Shown here: one piece after another, positions 13,746 through 26,160 of the stretch
How positions within the stretch are numbered: position 1 is the stretch's first letter
Layout of the letters: the number at the start of each line of letters is the position of its first letter
NCBI GenBank assembly: GCA_047967505.1
Contig: CM106538.1
DNA: 64,000 bases
DNA from: Dipteris shenzhenensis
Taxonomy: Eukaryota
Reading direction: 5' to 3' (one strand)
Notes under the pieces: generated by a model
What the model was told of the DNA's origin: nothing
Database searches by the model: none
Seen by the model: the letters and a program-made list of their open reading frames with translations, nothing else
Made by a program: the position numbers and the translations under genes

Positions 13746-13986
13746 TAGTGGAAAGAATCCCCCATATGTGATGAATTTGAGTATTATTGCAGACACATCA
13801 ACCTAATATTTGGGCACCTATAAAAGAGGTAGGGAATGGTTTGACCATAGTTATGGATAGACAACTACAAGGGTAGATGAGCCATGTTCACCATGATGTG
13901 CACTAGATGTCACTATTTGAGATTGGAGGTGGAACCCTAAGGGTAATATCTATATCAATATGAATTGTTTATAACATGGGAGGTAT

Positions 13987-14340
13987 TGTGAAGATAGTGG
14001 GAGAGAGGGAAGGAGTCTCACTTGAGGCTTTCTCACAATCACAATGGGGGAATACACACGAAGGTGGAGGCTGAAAACAGTTTTCCTCTTCTTAGTTGTG
14101 AAAGCCAAAAGAACTCTCGTACAAAAGAAAATAGAAGAACCCTATATGTGGGTCTCAAACCAAACTCAACTAACTAAGGTGGCATACTAACTGAGCCACA
14201 AACTAGAGTAGATAAGGATAGCTGTCATCCAGCTATTATTCGTGGGTAGTGTACCAACCGCATCTCCAGCTAACAAGTCGGTGACATAAATGCACAACAG
14301 TCACCCTAGCATACCGTGAGTGGAGCTCGATATCTCAACA
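13987..14340 (-). repeat. 3' LTR of the minus-strand Copia element (~354 bp)
   Basis: On the minus strand the PPT GAGGGGGAG (14341-14349) is followed by TGTTGAGATA. The far end reads TGTGAAGATA on the plus strand at 13987, giving an imperfect terminal inverted repeat with TG...CA. Confidence 0.8.
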
Positions 14341-15908
14341 CTCCCCCTCGAGCTCAATCCCAATTCCTGCACACCAAGTAGGTCTTTGAACTTGCGCAGC
14401 TTCTCTGCGCCCAATGCTTTTGTGAAGATGTCAGCTACCTGATCCTCTGTGCTGACATAAACTAGATCAATAAGACCTAGTAACACTTTCTCCCGCACAT
14501 AGTGATAATGCACCTCAATGTGCTTTGTTCTAGCATGAAAGACTGGGTTCTTTGCCAAGTGTATACTGCTCATGTTGTCACAATAAATGACAACTGGCCC
14601 ATCTGTGGACTGATGCATATCATAGAGTAGCTTATGCAACCAAGCTACCTCACATGCAGCCATTGTTGCGCCCCTGTACTCAGCCTTTGTGCTCGACAAG
14701 GCAACTGTAGGCTGCTTCTTGCTGCTCCAAGTGACTGCAGCACTCCCAAAAGAGAACACATATCCACTGGTAGATCGTCTATCGGAAATACTACCAGCCC
14801 AATCAGCATCAGTGTATCCATGCAACTGTATCTGAACCCCAGCCTCATAAAATAGTCCATACTGCAATGTGGACTTCACATACCTGAGTATGCGTCTAAC
14901 CACATCCAAATGCGGTTTCCTTGGAGCCTGCATAAACTGACTTACCAACCCAACAGCATAGCTCAAATCTGGCCTGGTAATAGTCATGTAAATCAAACTT
15001 CCTACTATGCGTCTGTACATAGTAGGGTCTTCCACAAGCTCACCTGCATCTGCGCTCAGCTTCACATTCTGCTCCAAAGGAACTGAAATAGGCTTACAGC
15101 CTGTCATCCCATATTTGGACAGCATGTCCAGTCCATACTGCCTCTGCAAGAGCTGTATCCCACTTGGTGATCTAATCACCTCAATGCCCAAGAAATAACG
15201 CAGCTCTCCCAAATCCTTCATCTCAAACTTCTGCCTCAATAGCATTTTCACATGAAGGATATCTTCATCACTATCACCTGTGATGATCAAATCATCAACA
15301 TAAATGACCAGCAGCATAATCCCTTTCTCTGTTTTTCTCACATAGAGTGAGAAATCTGCCTTGGAAATCTGAAAGCCAATAGTGACAAGATACTGTCCTA
15401 TCTTGTCAGACCATACTCTAGGTGCTTGCTTCAAGCCATACAAGGCTTTCTTCAACCTGCAAACAAACTCAGGATGAGTAGCATGAACATAACCTGCTGG
15501 CTGCTCCATAAAGACCTCTTCTTGCAAATCACCATGCAAGAAGGCATTCTTTACATCCATCTGATGTAAAGACCATCCCTTTGATGCAACCATAGTAATG
15601 GCTGCTCTTACGGTTGCCATCCTTGCAACCGGGCTGAAAGTTTCTTCATAATCAATGCCATATGTCTGTGCATACCCCTTGACAACTAATCTTGCCTTGT
15701 ATCTATTCACAAAACCATCTGCATTGTGCTTGATCTTATAAACCCACTTACAGCCAATTGCATTCTTGTCTTTAGGCAAAGGCACCAATTCCCATGTAGC
15801 ATTTGCATCCAAGGCATCCATTTCTTCATCCATGGCTTTCTCCCATTTTTCATTTCCCATGGCTTGCTCAAAAGAAGTGGGTTCTGGTTCCTGTATCACT
15901 TTGACCAT
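14301..15908 (-). CDS. Ty1/Copia RT-RNaseH, uninterrupted 535-aa ORF of a 5'-truncated element
   Basis: IGCKWVYKIK..DG...RYKARLVVKGYAQTYGIDYEETFSPV, QMDVKNAFLHG, LVIYVDDLIITG, GYTDADWAG..DRRSTSG, YCDNMSSI...RTKHIEVHYHYVRE, VADIFTKAL. Homology stops at ~15942 (YDGF...), so gag, PR, INT and the 5' LTR are missing. Confidence 0.97.
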   Translation of the reverse strand: MVKVIQEPEPTSFEQAMGNEKWEKAMDEEMDALDANATWELVPLPKDKNAIGCKWVYKIKHNADGFVNRYKARLVVKGYAQTYGIDYEETFSPVARMATVRAAITMVASKGWSLHQMDVKNAFLHGDLQEEVFMEQPAGYVHATHPEFVCRLKKALYGLKQAPRVWSDKIGQYLVTIGFQISKADFSLYVRKTEKGIMLLVIYVDDLIITGDSDEDILHVKMLLRQKFEMKDLGELRYFLGIEVIRSPSGIQLLQRQYGLDMLSKYGMTGCKPISVPLEQNVKLSADAGELVEDPTMYRRIVGSLIYMTITRPDLSYAVGLVSQFMQAPRKPHLDVVRRILRYVKSTLQYGLFYEAGVQIQLHGYTDADWAGSISDRRSTSGYVFSFGSAAVTWSSKKQPTVALSSTKAEYRGATMAACEVAWLHKLLYDMHQSTDGPVVIYCDNMSSIHLAKNPVFHARTKHIEVHYHYVREKVLLGLIDLVYVSTEDQVADIFTKALGAEKLRKFKDLLGVQELGLSSRGSVEISSSTHGMLG

Positions 15909-16159
15909 ATAGGCATAGTGAATGGCTGTAAATCCATCATATCATGACTCGGTGCTAAGCACCACAATAGTACCTAGCTAGAGAATGTAGTCATACTAAT
16001 TGGGCAATTGATTATTATCATTTAACTTACAAGTAGTCATGCTAACTAGGCACTTGGTTATTAAGAGACAAACTTAGAGCTAGTTGTCAATTTTTTTGAA
16101 TTCTGATCCCGCTTCCATAGGTCTGTCACTCATGTCCATTCTCTTATTTCTCTCTCAGA

Positions 16160-16940
16160 TGCAAGTTTGAATGACTAAGGAAAGAAGAAATAAAAATGGT
16201 ATTGATATACAAAGAGGTTGAATTGTCTAGTATGCTAAAAACATGGATGAAGCATCTTGGGCAATTTATCCCACGTGACTTCATGGTGAGATGGCAAGCT
16301 CAACAATTCAAGGAGTTCTTGAAAATGTCTAATCAATAGGGATGTCAGTAGGCCCATGGCTCTCAAGTGATTCATTGTGTGTGTATTTTCAAAGGATGAT
16401 CCTACTAAATTAAGATAAAGCTAGTTATCATGTTATTACTATGCATGTATGTAGGGACATTGGAGACACTCTAGCAACCAATCACACATCAATAATTGGG
16501 CACATGTGATTTATAACCTTTTGAATTTATTGATGATGATGAGTCTAATGTCAATATAGATCCAATATATAAAGGTGGACACGATGCCCTTAGAATAGGG
16601 GATAATTTTGTTGTCAATGCCAAGGTAGGCTATAGTGAAGATGTGGAGTTTTACATTGTCAAATGTGTAGGTGAGAAGGAGAAACTAAAATGTGTTCTAA
16701 GGGATGGTTGAGCATAATGAATAAAAGGAAAGGTGAGTTGTGGTGTCTAGATGGTACTATAAAAGGAAGTATGACTACCACTACCATTGCTTGAAGACCA
16801 TCCCATGGCAAGCTTGTACTTGCACATTATTTGATCCCTCAAATTTCCCATGGAGACAATTGAAGGAGAGAGCAATTTGCTTTACCTATCCTCTAAGGTC
16901 CATGGGGAAATTTTGCCACATCATGCCTTTTCAAATTTGA
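16160..16940 (+). pseudogene. Internally deleted, decayed DNA-transposase fragment, Sola2-like
   Basis: VLIYKEVELSSMLKTWMKHLGQFIPRDFMVRWQAQQFKEFLK (16199-16324) resembles the H-x-F-x-A-x-W-Q-x3-F motif upstream of the catalytic core. It is fused to C-terminal motifs GSQVIH..., LSCYYYAC...NQSHINNW and GDNFVVNA...EDVEFYIVKC...VVSRWYY. Family assignment is from motif recall only. Confidence 0.5.
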
Positions 16941-18249
16941 AACATTAAAAGGCTTGAAATCTTAGAACCATAGTTTTTAAAGAATCACCACAATTCAATA
17001 AGGGAGTTCCAGAATTGATTCCTCTAACCTTTGTAAGATCTTCCAACGTAGTATTCTACTAATTTTGAAACTTGTATTATTTTCCTTATTTTCTTTATCA
17101 TTCAAACCATCACAATGTGATTAGGGTATCATGTGATGATGATTGTGAGACCCATTAGTGTGATGATTCCAGGACCCATTAGGTTTTTCTTCTTCATTTT
17201 TTATTTTCGGTCATCACACTGTGATTAGGGCCCTTGAAACTCTTATATTGATTTTCATTTTTGAATTTCACAATTTATGTCAGTAACTGCTTGTTGTGAC
17301 CTTTGGCATGATTATGAGCCATATAGCAAGCAAGTGCATGGAAAAAGAAACAAATCAAAATTGTAATTGTTCAATTATTTTTTAAAGTTGTCAAATTAAT
17401 TGCGCTGATGGGAATATAGAGGGATGACACCTTTCTTTTGAAGACCACAGGAATGCCATAAATAGCTACTACACTGATGGAAATCTAAAGGGATGACTCC
17501 TTCACTTGTAATAGGGCTAGAGCAAGTTAGTCATTGTCTAGTCATTTAAGCTTTTGCAAGGTGACGGCTTGCATGGACAATGAAGCTGCATCCATGGGCA
17601 TGGCTTCATTGCATGTCTGAGTCAACGCAAGCCTTCACTCATTAAAAATATGGTAGGATGATGGCTACGGTAATGAACTTCATGGCTACTTAGTCCTAAG
17701 TTCCTTCATGACAAGGGGTCTCTAAAGGGCATATTGATTCTAAAAGATGAGTCTCAGCTTGATTCTTTCAGATTTTCCTTTCAAAATCCATCCAACATTT
17801 TAGAACTTGCAAGAATTCCATGGATGGCTGCTTCACTGAGCTAGGGTTATAGCAAGTCTTTGATGCGATTCTGTCAGCTAGTATCAAGTCTTTTGGCTTC
17901 TATAAGGGCTAACAGAAGAATGTTATTTATGTCACAACATTTCTAGTGCATGCAAGGCTTTGCATTAACCAACCACCTCCCTAGCCGCTTCCTTTGAACT
18001 CTGTGAGCTCCACCCCCACCACCTGTCGATCATTCTTCCAACATGGTATTCTACTGGTCCCTATATTTTAAATTCATGAGCTCCATTGGATTTTGCTTTC
18101 AACATGGTATTATGTTAATCCCAAGTCCTATTGAGTTTTTCATATTTTCAAGCTCTCCACCATTTCATGATTCTTCCAACACTGTATTCTATTAGTCCCA
18201 AGATCATCCCAAGACCTATTGGGACTTTCTTAATCGTTTATGTCCATAC

Positions 18250-18580
18250 ATGATTATGGGCCCTACATTGATTTTGAACTCCCTCTATCTTATTATGTTT
18301 GTTTTTTAGATCATTACAAATCGATTAGGACCCCTCCATCTATTCTAAAACTTCCTTATCACTTTGTGATGATTTTTACATCTATCAGGTTTTCTTATTA
18401 GCTTTTTTATTTAGATCATCACAATGTGATTAGGGACCCTCCATCAATCCTAAAACTCCCTTATTAAATTGTGATCAATCCAAGATGTTCAAGTTTTTCT
18501 TTTTCACTCTTTTGTTTGGATTATCACAATGTGATTAGGAACCCTATTTCCATCATGAAACTCCCTTATTTCATTGTGAT
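18250..18580. repeat. Tandem ~105-bp repeat with ATCACAATGTGATTAGG core (related copies at ~17109 and ~17213)
   Basis: Three diverged units containing the near-palindrome ATCACAATGTGAT followed by TAGG(G/A)ACCC...AAACT(T/C)CCTTAT. Confidence 0.75.
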
Positions 18581-19686
18581 GTTAATGGCCCTTAGGTGAG
18601 GCCAACAATTGCATAGCATTAAGTCTAATAAGTGTGGTTACCGAGTGTAGCCTTCCTCGCAAGCAGTGGAAGCAACAAAACTTTCTGGACCGAGCACCGT
18701 TTGCTGAATTTGCAAAAAGGATTCAACAAAGGAGGCAAAAGAGAGAGTTTATTCACTGAAACCATAACAAAGGCATCTTCAAAATAAGAATCATAATGGT
18801 TGTAGTTGAAACCTTTGTTCCAATCATATCCATTGCAAATCATCATGCAAGTCATGATATATTCTTCCTTCATGTAAGCTCTTGTCATGGTCAATCCACA
18901 CTAGTCAACTAGTCAACTAGTCAGCAAGATAGTATGACTTGAAATCCACTTAAAAGTATCATAACCTCAATCCTCAACATAAAAGGTGAAAAATGCATTC
19001 AAATGAACTTAAAAAGGAATCTCTGAATCTCTGATCTATACTTTAACTCCTCAAGAATCACCTTAGCATTTAATGTAGCATCAAACTTCAAAAATAGTCT
19101 AGAAATGCTTGCAGAAAGTAGAGGAACTTTGGAGGATTGCTACCTCACTCCACAAAGCATCAAGTAGAGGGAATTTTTTGCACAATAAAAGTTACTTGGA
19201 AGTAGAAGACTCAATGCAAGTCTCAGACCAAATGAAGCTCCACACCACCAGGGGCAGCAGCATCTTCTCCACCTCCAAAAACCATGTCTTCTTCAAAACT
19301 TGACTGGTTTTTCTTTATTTTCTCCTCATTCCCTTGACCATTTTCCCTCAAAATTCACCAACAGGTAGCCCATAGGATTTCTTAAGTGCATCTCATACTA
19401 TTTTTGAAATGGTGGCTCCAGCAAGCTGAATTTGAAGAAATGACACAGAATGGAGCGAGGAGTAGCATGCGCTGTAGATGCCTTATTTCCTCAATTCCTC
19501 CTAGTTGGAATTGCATCCTAACTAGGGGAAACTATAGATAAAAGGGAAGGTGCAATGGTTTAGAGATGAAAGAGAACAAGCACTTGGAAATTTTGTGGGA
19601 AGAAGGAGAAGAAAAGCTTCAAAAACTTCATGGTGAAGAAGATGATGACATGGCACTTAAGGAGGTCTCAAGGAGAGTGAACCAAT

Positions 19687-19698
19687 GCTCTGATACCA
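19687..19698 (-). other. Primer-binding site, tRNA-iMet (TGGTATCAGAGC)
   Basis: Plus strand GCTCTGATACCA, 2 bp from the LTR terminal CA (minus strand). Confidence 0.9.
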
Positions 19699-20458
19699 CA
19701 TGTTGGAGTTGCAAAAAGGATTCAACAAATGAGGCAAAAGAGAGAGTTTATTCAAGAGGGATAGGCCCAATATATAGGCTCCAGTTACATCCAGTAGTGA
19801 CATCACATGTGAGCTCAGTAGAGCATCTAGATCCACAAATCTCTTACTCAATCCTCAACATAAATGGTGAAAAATGCATTCAAATGAACTTCAAAAGAAA
19901 TCTCTGAATCTGTGATCTATACTTTAACTCCTCAAGAATCACCTTAGCATTTAGTGTAGCATCAAACTTTAAAAATAGTCTAGAAATGCTTGCAAAAAGT
20001 AGAGGAACCTTGGAGGATTGCTACCTCACTCCACAAAGCATCAAGTAGAGGGAATTTGCTACACAATAAAAGGTACTTGGAAGTAGAAGACTTAGTACAA
20101 GTCTCAGACCAAATGAAGCTCCACACCACCAAGGGAAGCAGCATCTTCTCCACCTCCAAAAACCATGTCTTCTTCAAAACCTAACTGGTTTTTCTTTATT
20201 TTCTCCTCATTCCCTTGACCATTTTCCCTCAAAATTCAATGGGCTGTAGAAGCCTTATTTCTTCAATTCCTCCTAGCTGGAAGTGCATCCTAACTAGGGG
20301 AAACTATAGCTGAAAGGGAAGGTGCAATGGTTTAGAGATGAAGGAGAACAAGCACTTGGAAATTTTGTGGGAAGAAGGAGAAGAAAAGCTTCAAAAACTT
20401 CATGGTGAAGAAGATGATGACATGGCACTCAAGGAGGTCTCAAGGAGAGTGAACCAAT

Positions 20459-20470
20459 GCTCTGATACCA
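20459..20470 (-). other. Primer-binding site, tRNA-iMet (TGGTATCAGAGC), second copy
   Basis: Plus strand GCTCTGATACCA, 2 bp from the LTR end at 20473. Confidence 0.9.
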
Positions 20471-21077
20471 CATGTTGGAGTTGCAAAAAGGATTCAACAA
20501 ATGAGGCAAAAGAGAGTTTATTCAAGAGAGACAGGCCCAATACATAGGCTCCAGTTACTTCCAATAGTGACATCACATGTGAGCTCAGTAGAGCATCTAG
20601 ATCCACAAATCTCTCAATCAGTTCCATGATTCTCTCAATCACACACCACACACCTAGATTCACTCAATCACACCTACTGACACTTATCCAAGCACACCAT
20701 GTGTTCACACACTCGCAACCTTAGACTCTAGATCCCATTACATCAATTTGTCCTCCACCGTTCACAATTGGAGGTGCAGGTGATTGCGTCGAGCAGACCA
20801 ACCAATAGCGAATAGCAGTGTGGCACACAAGCATGATGTCTTTTAGAAGGTGGTTTTCCATAGTTAGTAAAAGGGCTCTCTAATAGGGAAAAGGGAAAGG
20901 AGAGAGAAGTGTGACGAGTACTCTCCCTCTCACCTAAACTTGCTAGGTTAGGAAGCTTATTCTTAGTGTTCACATTGCAAGCTAAGGCAGCTTGGTTGTA
21001 AAGAGTGCCAATACAAGTTTGATTTCCTTTTTCTATTCATTGTCTATTCATCTTAAGCACTCAGTATTGTTTTCTTA

Positions 21078-21382
21078 AGTGATGTAAAATCAGTTCTCAG
21101 GGGGCTCACTAGGAAATATGTAAGATACACGTGCAATCAATGAAAGGGGTTTTATATTTTTATGGATTTATAGAAAATATACATACAAAAGGTGTTTTTT
21201 AATTCAAAAAGTGGAAATTTCCATACATAAGAGATACTATAATCATATCAAAATTTACACAAGGGGTGTACATAGGTTATAAAAATCCATAGGTAGGGAC
21301 TTTGTTTTATTACCCCTTGATTGCACGTGCAATATGCATTTTTACATAGTGGCCCCCCTGGGACTCGGCTCTCTCATCACTG
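21078..21382. mobile_element. MITE-like element with ~65-bp imperfect terminal inverted repeats
   Basis: Left AGTGATG...CAGGGGGCTCACTA...CACGTGCAATCAA matches the reverse complement of right TTGATTGCACGTG...TAGTGGCCCCCCTG...CATCACTG. The core is AT-rich. No clear TSD. Confidence 0.7.
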
Positions 21383-21689
21383 TTAGGGCATTAATAGCCT
21401 ATGAGGTTAGGGCATATTTCAAGGGGTGCAAGTGGACACAACCCTTTAGTCAAATCAACGGTTGCAACTGCACACGTTGTATATCCTCGGGACCAAGTGT
21501 CTCTTGATCATTATGCAGATTCACATATTTAGATGATACAGTGTTTTCATTTCTTTTATCTTGCATACTCTATGTTGTGTGTGTGTATGCATGTTTATCA
21601 TCTTTTTGTAGTGCCTGGAGCTTAGGGTGTTACACATTGTTGACCACAATTAACTCAGAAGTCTTATACATGTGAGGTGTGCTTCGAGC

Positions 21690-24600
21690 TCTACGGTGCG
21701 CCATTCATGTTAGCATTACCGAAGGGACAACTTGTGACGCAACCACTACTGGAGCGTTCAATGGCTGAATTGCAAGCTCTCATAGTCTGAAAATGACAAC
21801 TCAGCACTGTGCTCGAGGACCTTTTTGTGATGAATATATGGCCCCAGCCTCGCCCCAGCGCACTCAATTTGGTGATCGTTGTTGTTTTGTGAGTTCGTTC
21901 ATTCATCAAGTTTGGTTGCTTCATGCGGGCATAGATTGTCTCACTCATCAAATTGCCTCAAACCACTTCCAAATTACAATGAAATCAAGGTCACCTTCTT
22001 GAGGTGGTTTCATAAGGAGAAAATGATTCCACAGATGCTGGAGGGGCTGAGGATCTTGAGACAAGGTGATCAATATGTGGAGGACTATGCGGCTCAATAC
22101 TACCAACTTTTGCAAAGGGTTCCAATGATTTAATGATTGACAATGGAGGTGTTGAATGAGTATTTTATCAACGGCCTAGCCAAGGATATGCAGACTGTAG
22201 TGGCAATGGTGGATAAAGTCACTTTACACTCGAATGACCATATCAGTCAGGAAATCCGGGTGGGTGAAACACTATAAGGGGGGACAAAAAAACACCGATG
22301 ATCAACCAAGAGTAAGGAAAATTTTAAAAAGCAATCTTCAAGAAAAAAACAAAGGGATAGTGATGAAGAGTTGGATGAGGACAGTTTGGCAAAAAGCTCA
22401 TTAGAAGAAAGTAGTGATGATTCGAAAGGCGGAGGAGAAAAGCCTAAAAAGACCTCAAAAGGAGGTAAAGGAAACTCCGCAGCATCTGGAAGTCACTCCA
22501 TGGGATGTCTGAATGCAGATCTTTGGTGTACGCATTGTAAGAATTCGGGGCATTCTGCAATGGAGTGTTCTTTGAATCAAAAGTGGTGTGCGATTTTCTA
22601 GACTAACACACACACAACAGAGCACTTTCATTACAATGGATGTGGCTCGCATGCATGTGCAGGGCCAACCTCAATGGCCAACACCACTAGCTACAAAGCG
22701 TACGTGCAACAAGCTGGTACAGTGGAAGTTTAGGAATAACCTCTAGATAGAGATGGCAGTGGAGGTGGCCATGGTCATGGACAAGGTAGTGGAAAATGAG
22801 GTGATCTGTGAGTGAAGACGTGCTTCTTCTTCCTAGGTGAAGGTCACTGGTAGAATGAGTGCCCTGAGGCTCAAGAATGGGATCGCCAAAAATAGGAATG
22901 TCAAAAGATGGTGGGCAATATGCCCAGCATATCTATGGTACAAATCATGGAGGATCACCTAGCCATTGCACCGGAGGTGAATGTTGTAACACGATCAGGT
23001 AGAGTAATGCAGAATAAAGTCGAGAAGAAACCAACATTACTTCATTGGCCTATGTAGGAGGTGGTGTGATGGCAGGTGCTCAATTGGGTCCAAGAGGTGG
23101 CCCCAACTAAAGATGAGCCTACATCCACCTCGAGAGTAGGGAAAGTTCACAAAGTACAATTTGAGGAAGCATCGCATCCCGCGGTTATGCAAGAACCAAT
23201 CCAATCATGAGGTCATACCAATAGTTCCAAGACAATTCTAAAGCTAAGCTATGATGATGGCAGACACATAGCTGGAACATGTGTTGTCCCAAATTAACGA
23301 AGACGGTGTGGAAGACCTTCTAGAGAGGTGCCTTGCCTAGATTACAACCTCCTTTTGGGATCCCCTTGGTTGCAACAGGCAATGGTCCAGTAAAATTGGG
23401 CTCTCAATACTCTATTGGTGAGATGGGGTAGAAACAAGGTCCGCATACCCATGGGGGTGGTCCAAATGCTCGAGGGGCTAGTGCGACTAATCCTAGAACA
23501 GATAGTGAATATGGCAGATGGCCTAGAAGAAGATGAAGAAGAGGAGTTTCTACGCAGCAACCTGGACTTGGTGCCTTTGCGTACGATTGATGTCATGGAA
23601 ATCTTGACACAATACTGCTTGTCAGGTCCAGGGATGGTGCAACTGCATTTGCAACCAATGAAAGACTTGTTGTCTACGGATATGGATATGAAATATGTCC
23701 TAGATTAGGAAGGGAGTTTGAGGAGTGAATGATGTAGGTAATGCACGTGTAGGAAGATGCTTTGGAGACAGTGTTCCTAGGTGCCAATGGGAGCTCCAAG
23801 CCCATGAAGATCAACACACTCAAGACTAGAAGAGGGATTCAAAAAGGAGTTGGTGACACTGCTAACTGAGTTTGTGGATTTATTCACATGGGAATATTCT
23901 GATATGCGAGGGTTGGACCCAAAGTTTTGCCAGCACCATCTTAACTTGAAGAAGGATGCCATGCCCATGAAAATGCACCGTTATTGCATGAATCCACATG
24001 TGGCTAAGCAGGTCAATATTGAATAGAGCGGCTACTGTAGGTGGGATTCATTGCACCAATTGAGGATTCGGAGTGGATTTCTCTGATTGTGATTGTGCCT
24101 AAGAAAAACAAGAAGCTGCAGATTTGTGTTGATTACCACAAAATGAATGCCGCTAGAGTGTCAGACCCATTTCAACTCCCACATATGGATTCAACGCTAG
24201 ATGAAGTGGGAAGGCAGGCGATCTAATCATTTCTGAATGGATACAATGGCTACAATCAGGTTCGGATGGTGCCAGAGGACTAGCTAAAGGCTACTTTCAT
24301 AACGGCATGGGGGGTACTATATGTGTGCATGGTCATGTGGTTTGGATTGCGGAATGCATGATCGACCTCCTTCCAATGCACCATGCATAAGATCTTTGGG
24401 GAATATTTAATAGATTTCATGAGAATCTTCCTCGATGACCTCAGTGTTTTCGAAACCAAAGACAATCACTTGGAACACTTGTAGCTCTACTTTCAATGTT
24501 GTTGGGAAGTGGCATTCAGCCTGAATCCAATGAAGTGTGCATTAGTGGTCCGCACTGACCATTTGTTAGGGCATGTGATCAACACCAAAGGTATAGCGGT

Positions 24601-26160
24601 GGACCTTGATAAGGTGGCAGCAATCATGTAGGTGCTAGCACTAGCTAACCCAAAAGAATGCCTACAATTTCTGGGGCAGATATGATGGCATGGTCACCAC
24701 CTCTGATTCTTGGCTCACATGGCCATACCCCTGAATGCTTTGGCGCATGTGGAGCCCAAAACTTTTGTATGGTCCACAGAATGTGAGAAGGCATATCGGA
24801 TAGTTGAAGATCCAACTTTGCCAAGCATATATCTTGATTCCTCCAAATTGGGAGAAGAATTTACATGTGTTCGTGGACTCCTTAGATTAAGCAATTGAAA
24901 GTGTACTAATGCAACAGGATGAGGTGGGTTGGTCCCAGCCAATCTACTATGCAAGTCAACAAACTATCACCGGCAGAGCGGAAGTACTCAGTGATGGCAT
25001 AGTGAAGACTTGGAGATGGTTTTTTCTATGAATAAGTTCTAGCACTATCTATTGGGGTGCCGATTTGTATTTCATGTCGACCATTCTGTGTTGCCGTACT
25101 TGGTCAAGTAGCATAACTTGACTGGTCAGCTAGCTCAATGGATGCTACTGCTGCTATAGCAGTATGATTTTGAGGTGTTCCATACACCATGATCCCAACA
25201 TGCAATGGCCGATTACCAATTGCACCTTGAAATAGGGAAACCTACAATTGGCATTGAAGATGAATTCCCAAACATTGAGGTCAATGCAGTCATGGTAGTT
25301 GATGTGAAGTCACAGACGAGAAGCAAGTAAGCCAAGGTATCCCATTGTCATGGTCGTTTGGGTAGATTTTGAATTACCTCAATAGGGATCAACAAAAGTG
25401 GTTAGCACTCAGAAGCCGCAGATTCAAAGTGGTGGTCAGTCAGCTCTACCATAGACATTTGACGAATGTTCTACTCTGGTGGGTGTTACCACACGAGCAG
25501 GAAGCGGTGCTCATGGAGGCACATTTCAGAGTGCCAGGTGGTCACTTTATGGGAGAAATTACGGCCAAGAAGGTGCTACAAGAGGGGTTGTGGTGGCCGA
25601 CCCTAGAGAAAAATGCCCACCAATTTGCACCGCGGTGCTATATATGTCAATGATTGTGATAGCCTTCCTATCGAGACTGCATGCTGATGCAACCAGTGCT
25701 TCCTGTGCGTCCTTTCCAAAAGTGGGGGTTGGACTTAATGGGTCTCTTCAATCCTATGGTTGCAGTACGGGCCCAAAATTTTTATGTGCTAGCAACTATA
25801 GTTATCCTAGGCATTGCGTGGGACAACGCTGCACACTCCACTGCCTAATGCTTGTACAAATATGTGTTCTATCAGTTTGGTTATCTGATTGAGATGGTTA
25901 GTGACAATTGGAAGCATTTTTTGGTGCAAGTGCTGAAGGAAATGACAACTTTCTATATGGTGATTCACAAAAAATCATCGTCATCACTTGACCCAGGTAG
26001 TTCAAGCTCGAAGAAGGATATGAGTAGACTTGGCATCGACGAAGAAGAAGGTTTTAAAGAAGGGGCAACTTGTCTTGCTCTTCAATAGTCGCATGGGCCA
26101 CATGCCAATAAAGATAAAGATGTGGTGGTCAAGTCCCTCTTGGATCGTTGAGTATTTTGT
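21690..26160 (+). mobile_element. Degenerate Ty3/Gypsy (non-chromovirus, Athila/Tat-like) gag-pol
   Basis: Gag LRQGDQYVEDY, zinc knuckles CTHCKNSGHSAMEC (~22527) and C..L.EGHW.NECP (~22820), protease-end YNLLLGSPWL, RT SEWISLIVIVPKKNKKLQICVDY and RIFLDDLSVF, an RNaseH region, and integrase H..GGHF...TAKKVLQ.GLWWPTL...CYICQ. Order is PR-RT-RH-INT, heavily disrupted. Confidence 0.92.

Larger units (their letters stand above)
18702..20759 (-). mobile_element. Tandemly duplicated 5' ends of an LTR retrotransposon (LTR-PBS-leader units)
   Basis: Two near-identical units (~18966-19846 and ~19847-20615). Each carries an LTR end (plus strand TGTTGGAGTTGCAAAAAGG) next to a tRNA-iMet PBS. A third LTR-end fragment lies at 18702-18767 and a near-complete LTR at 20473-~20759. 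Confidence 0.85.
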
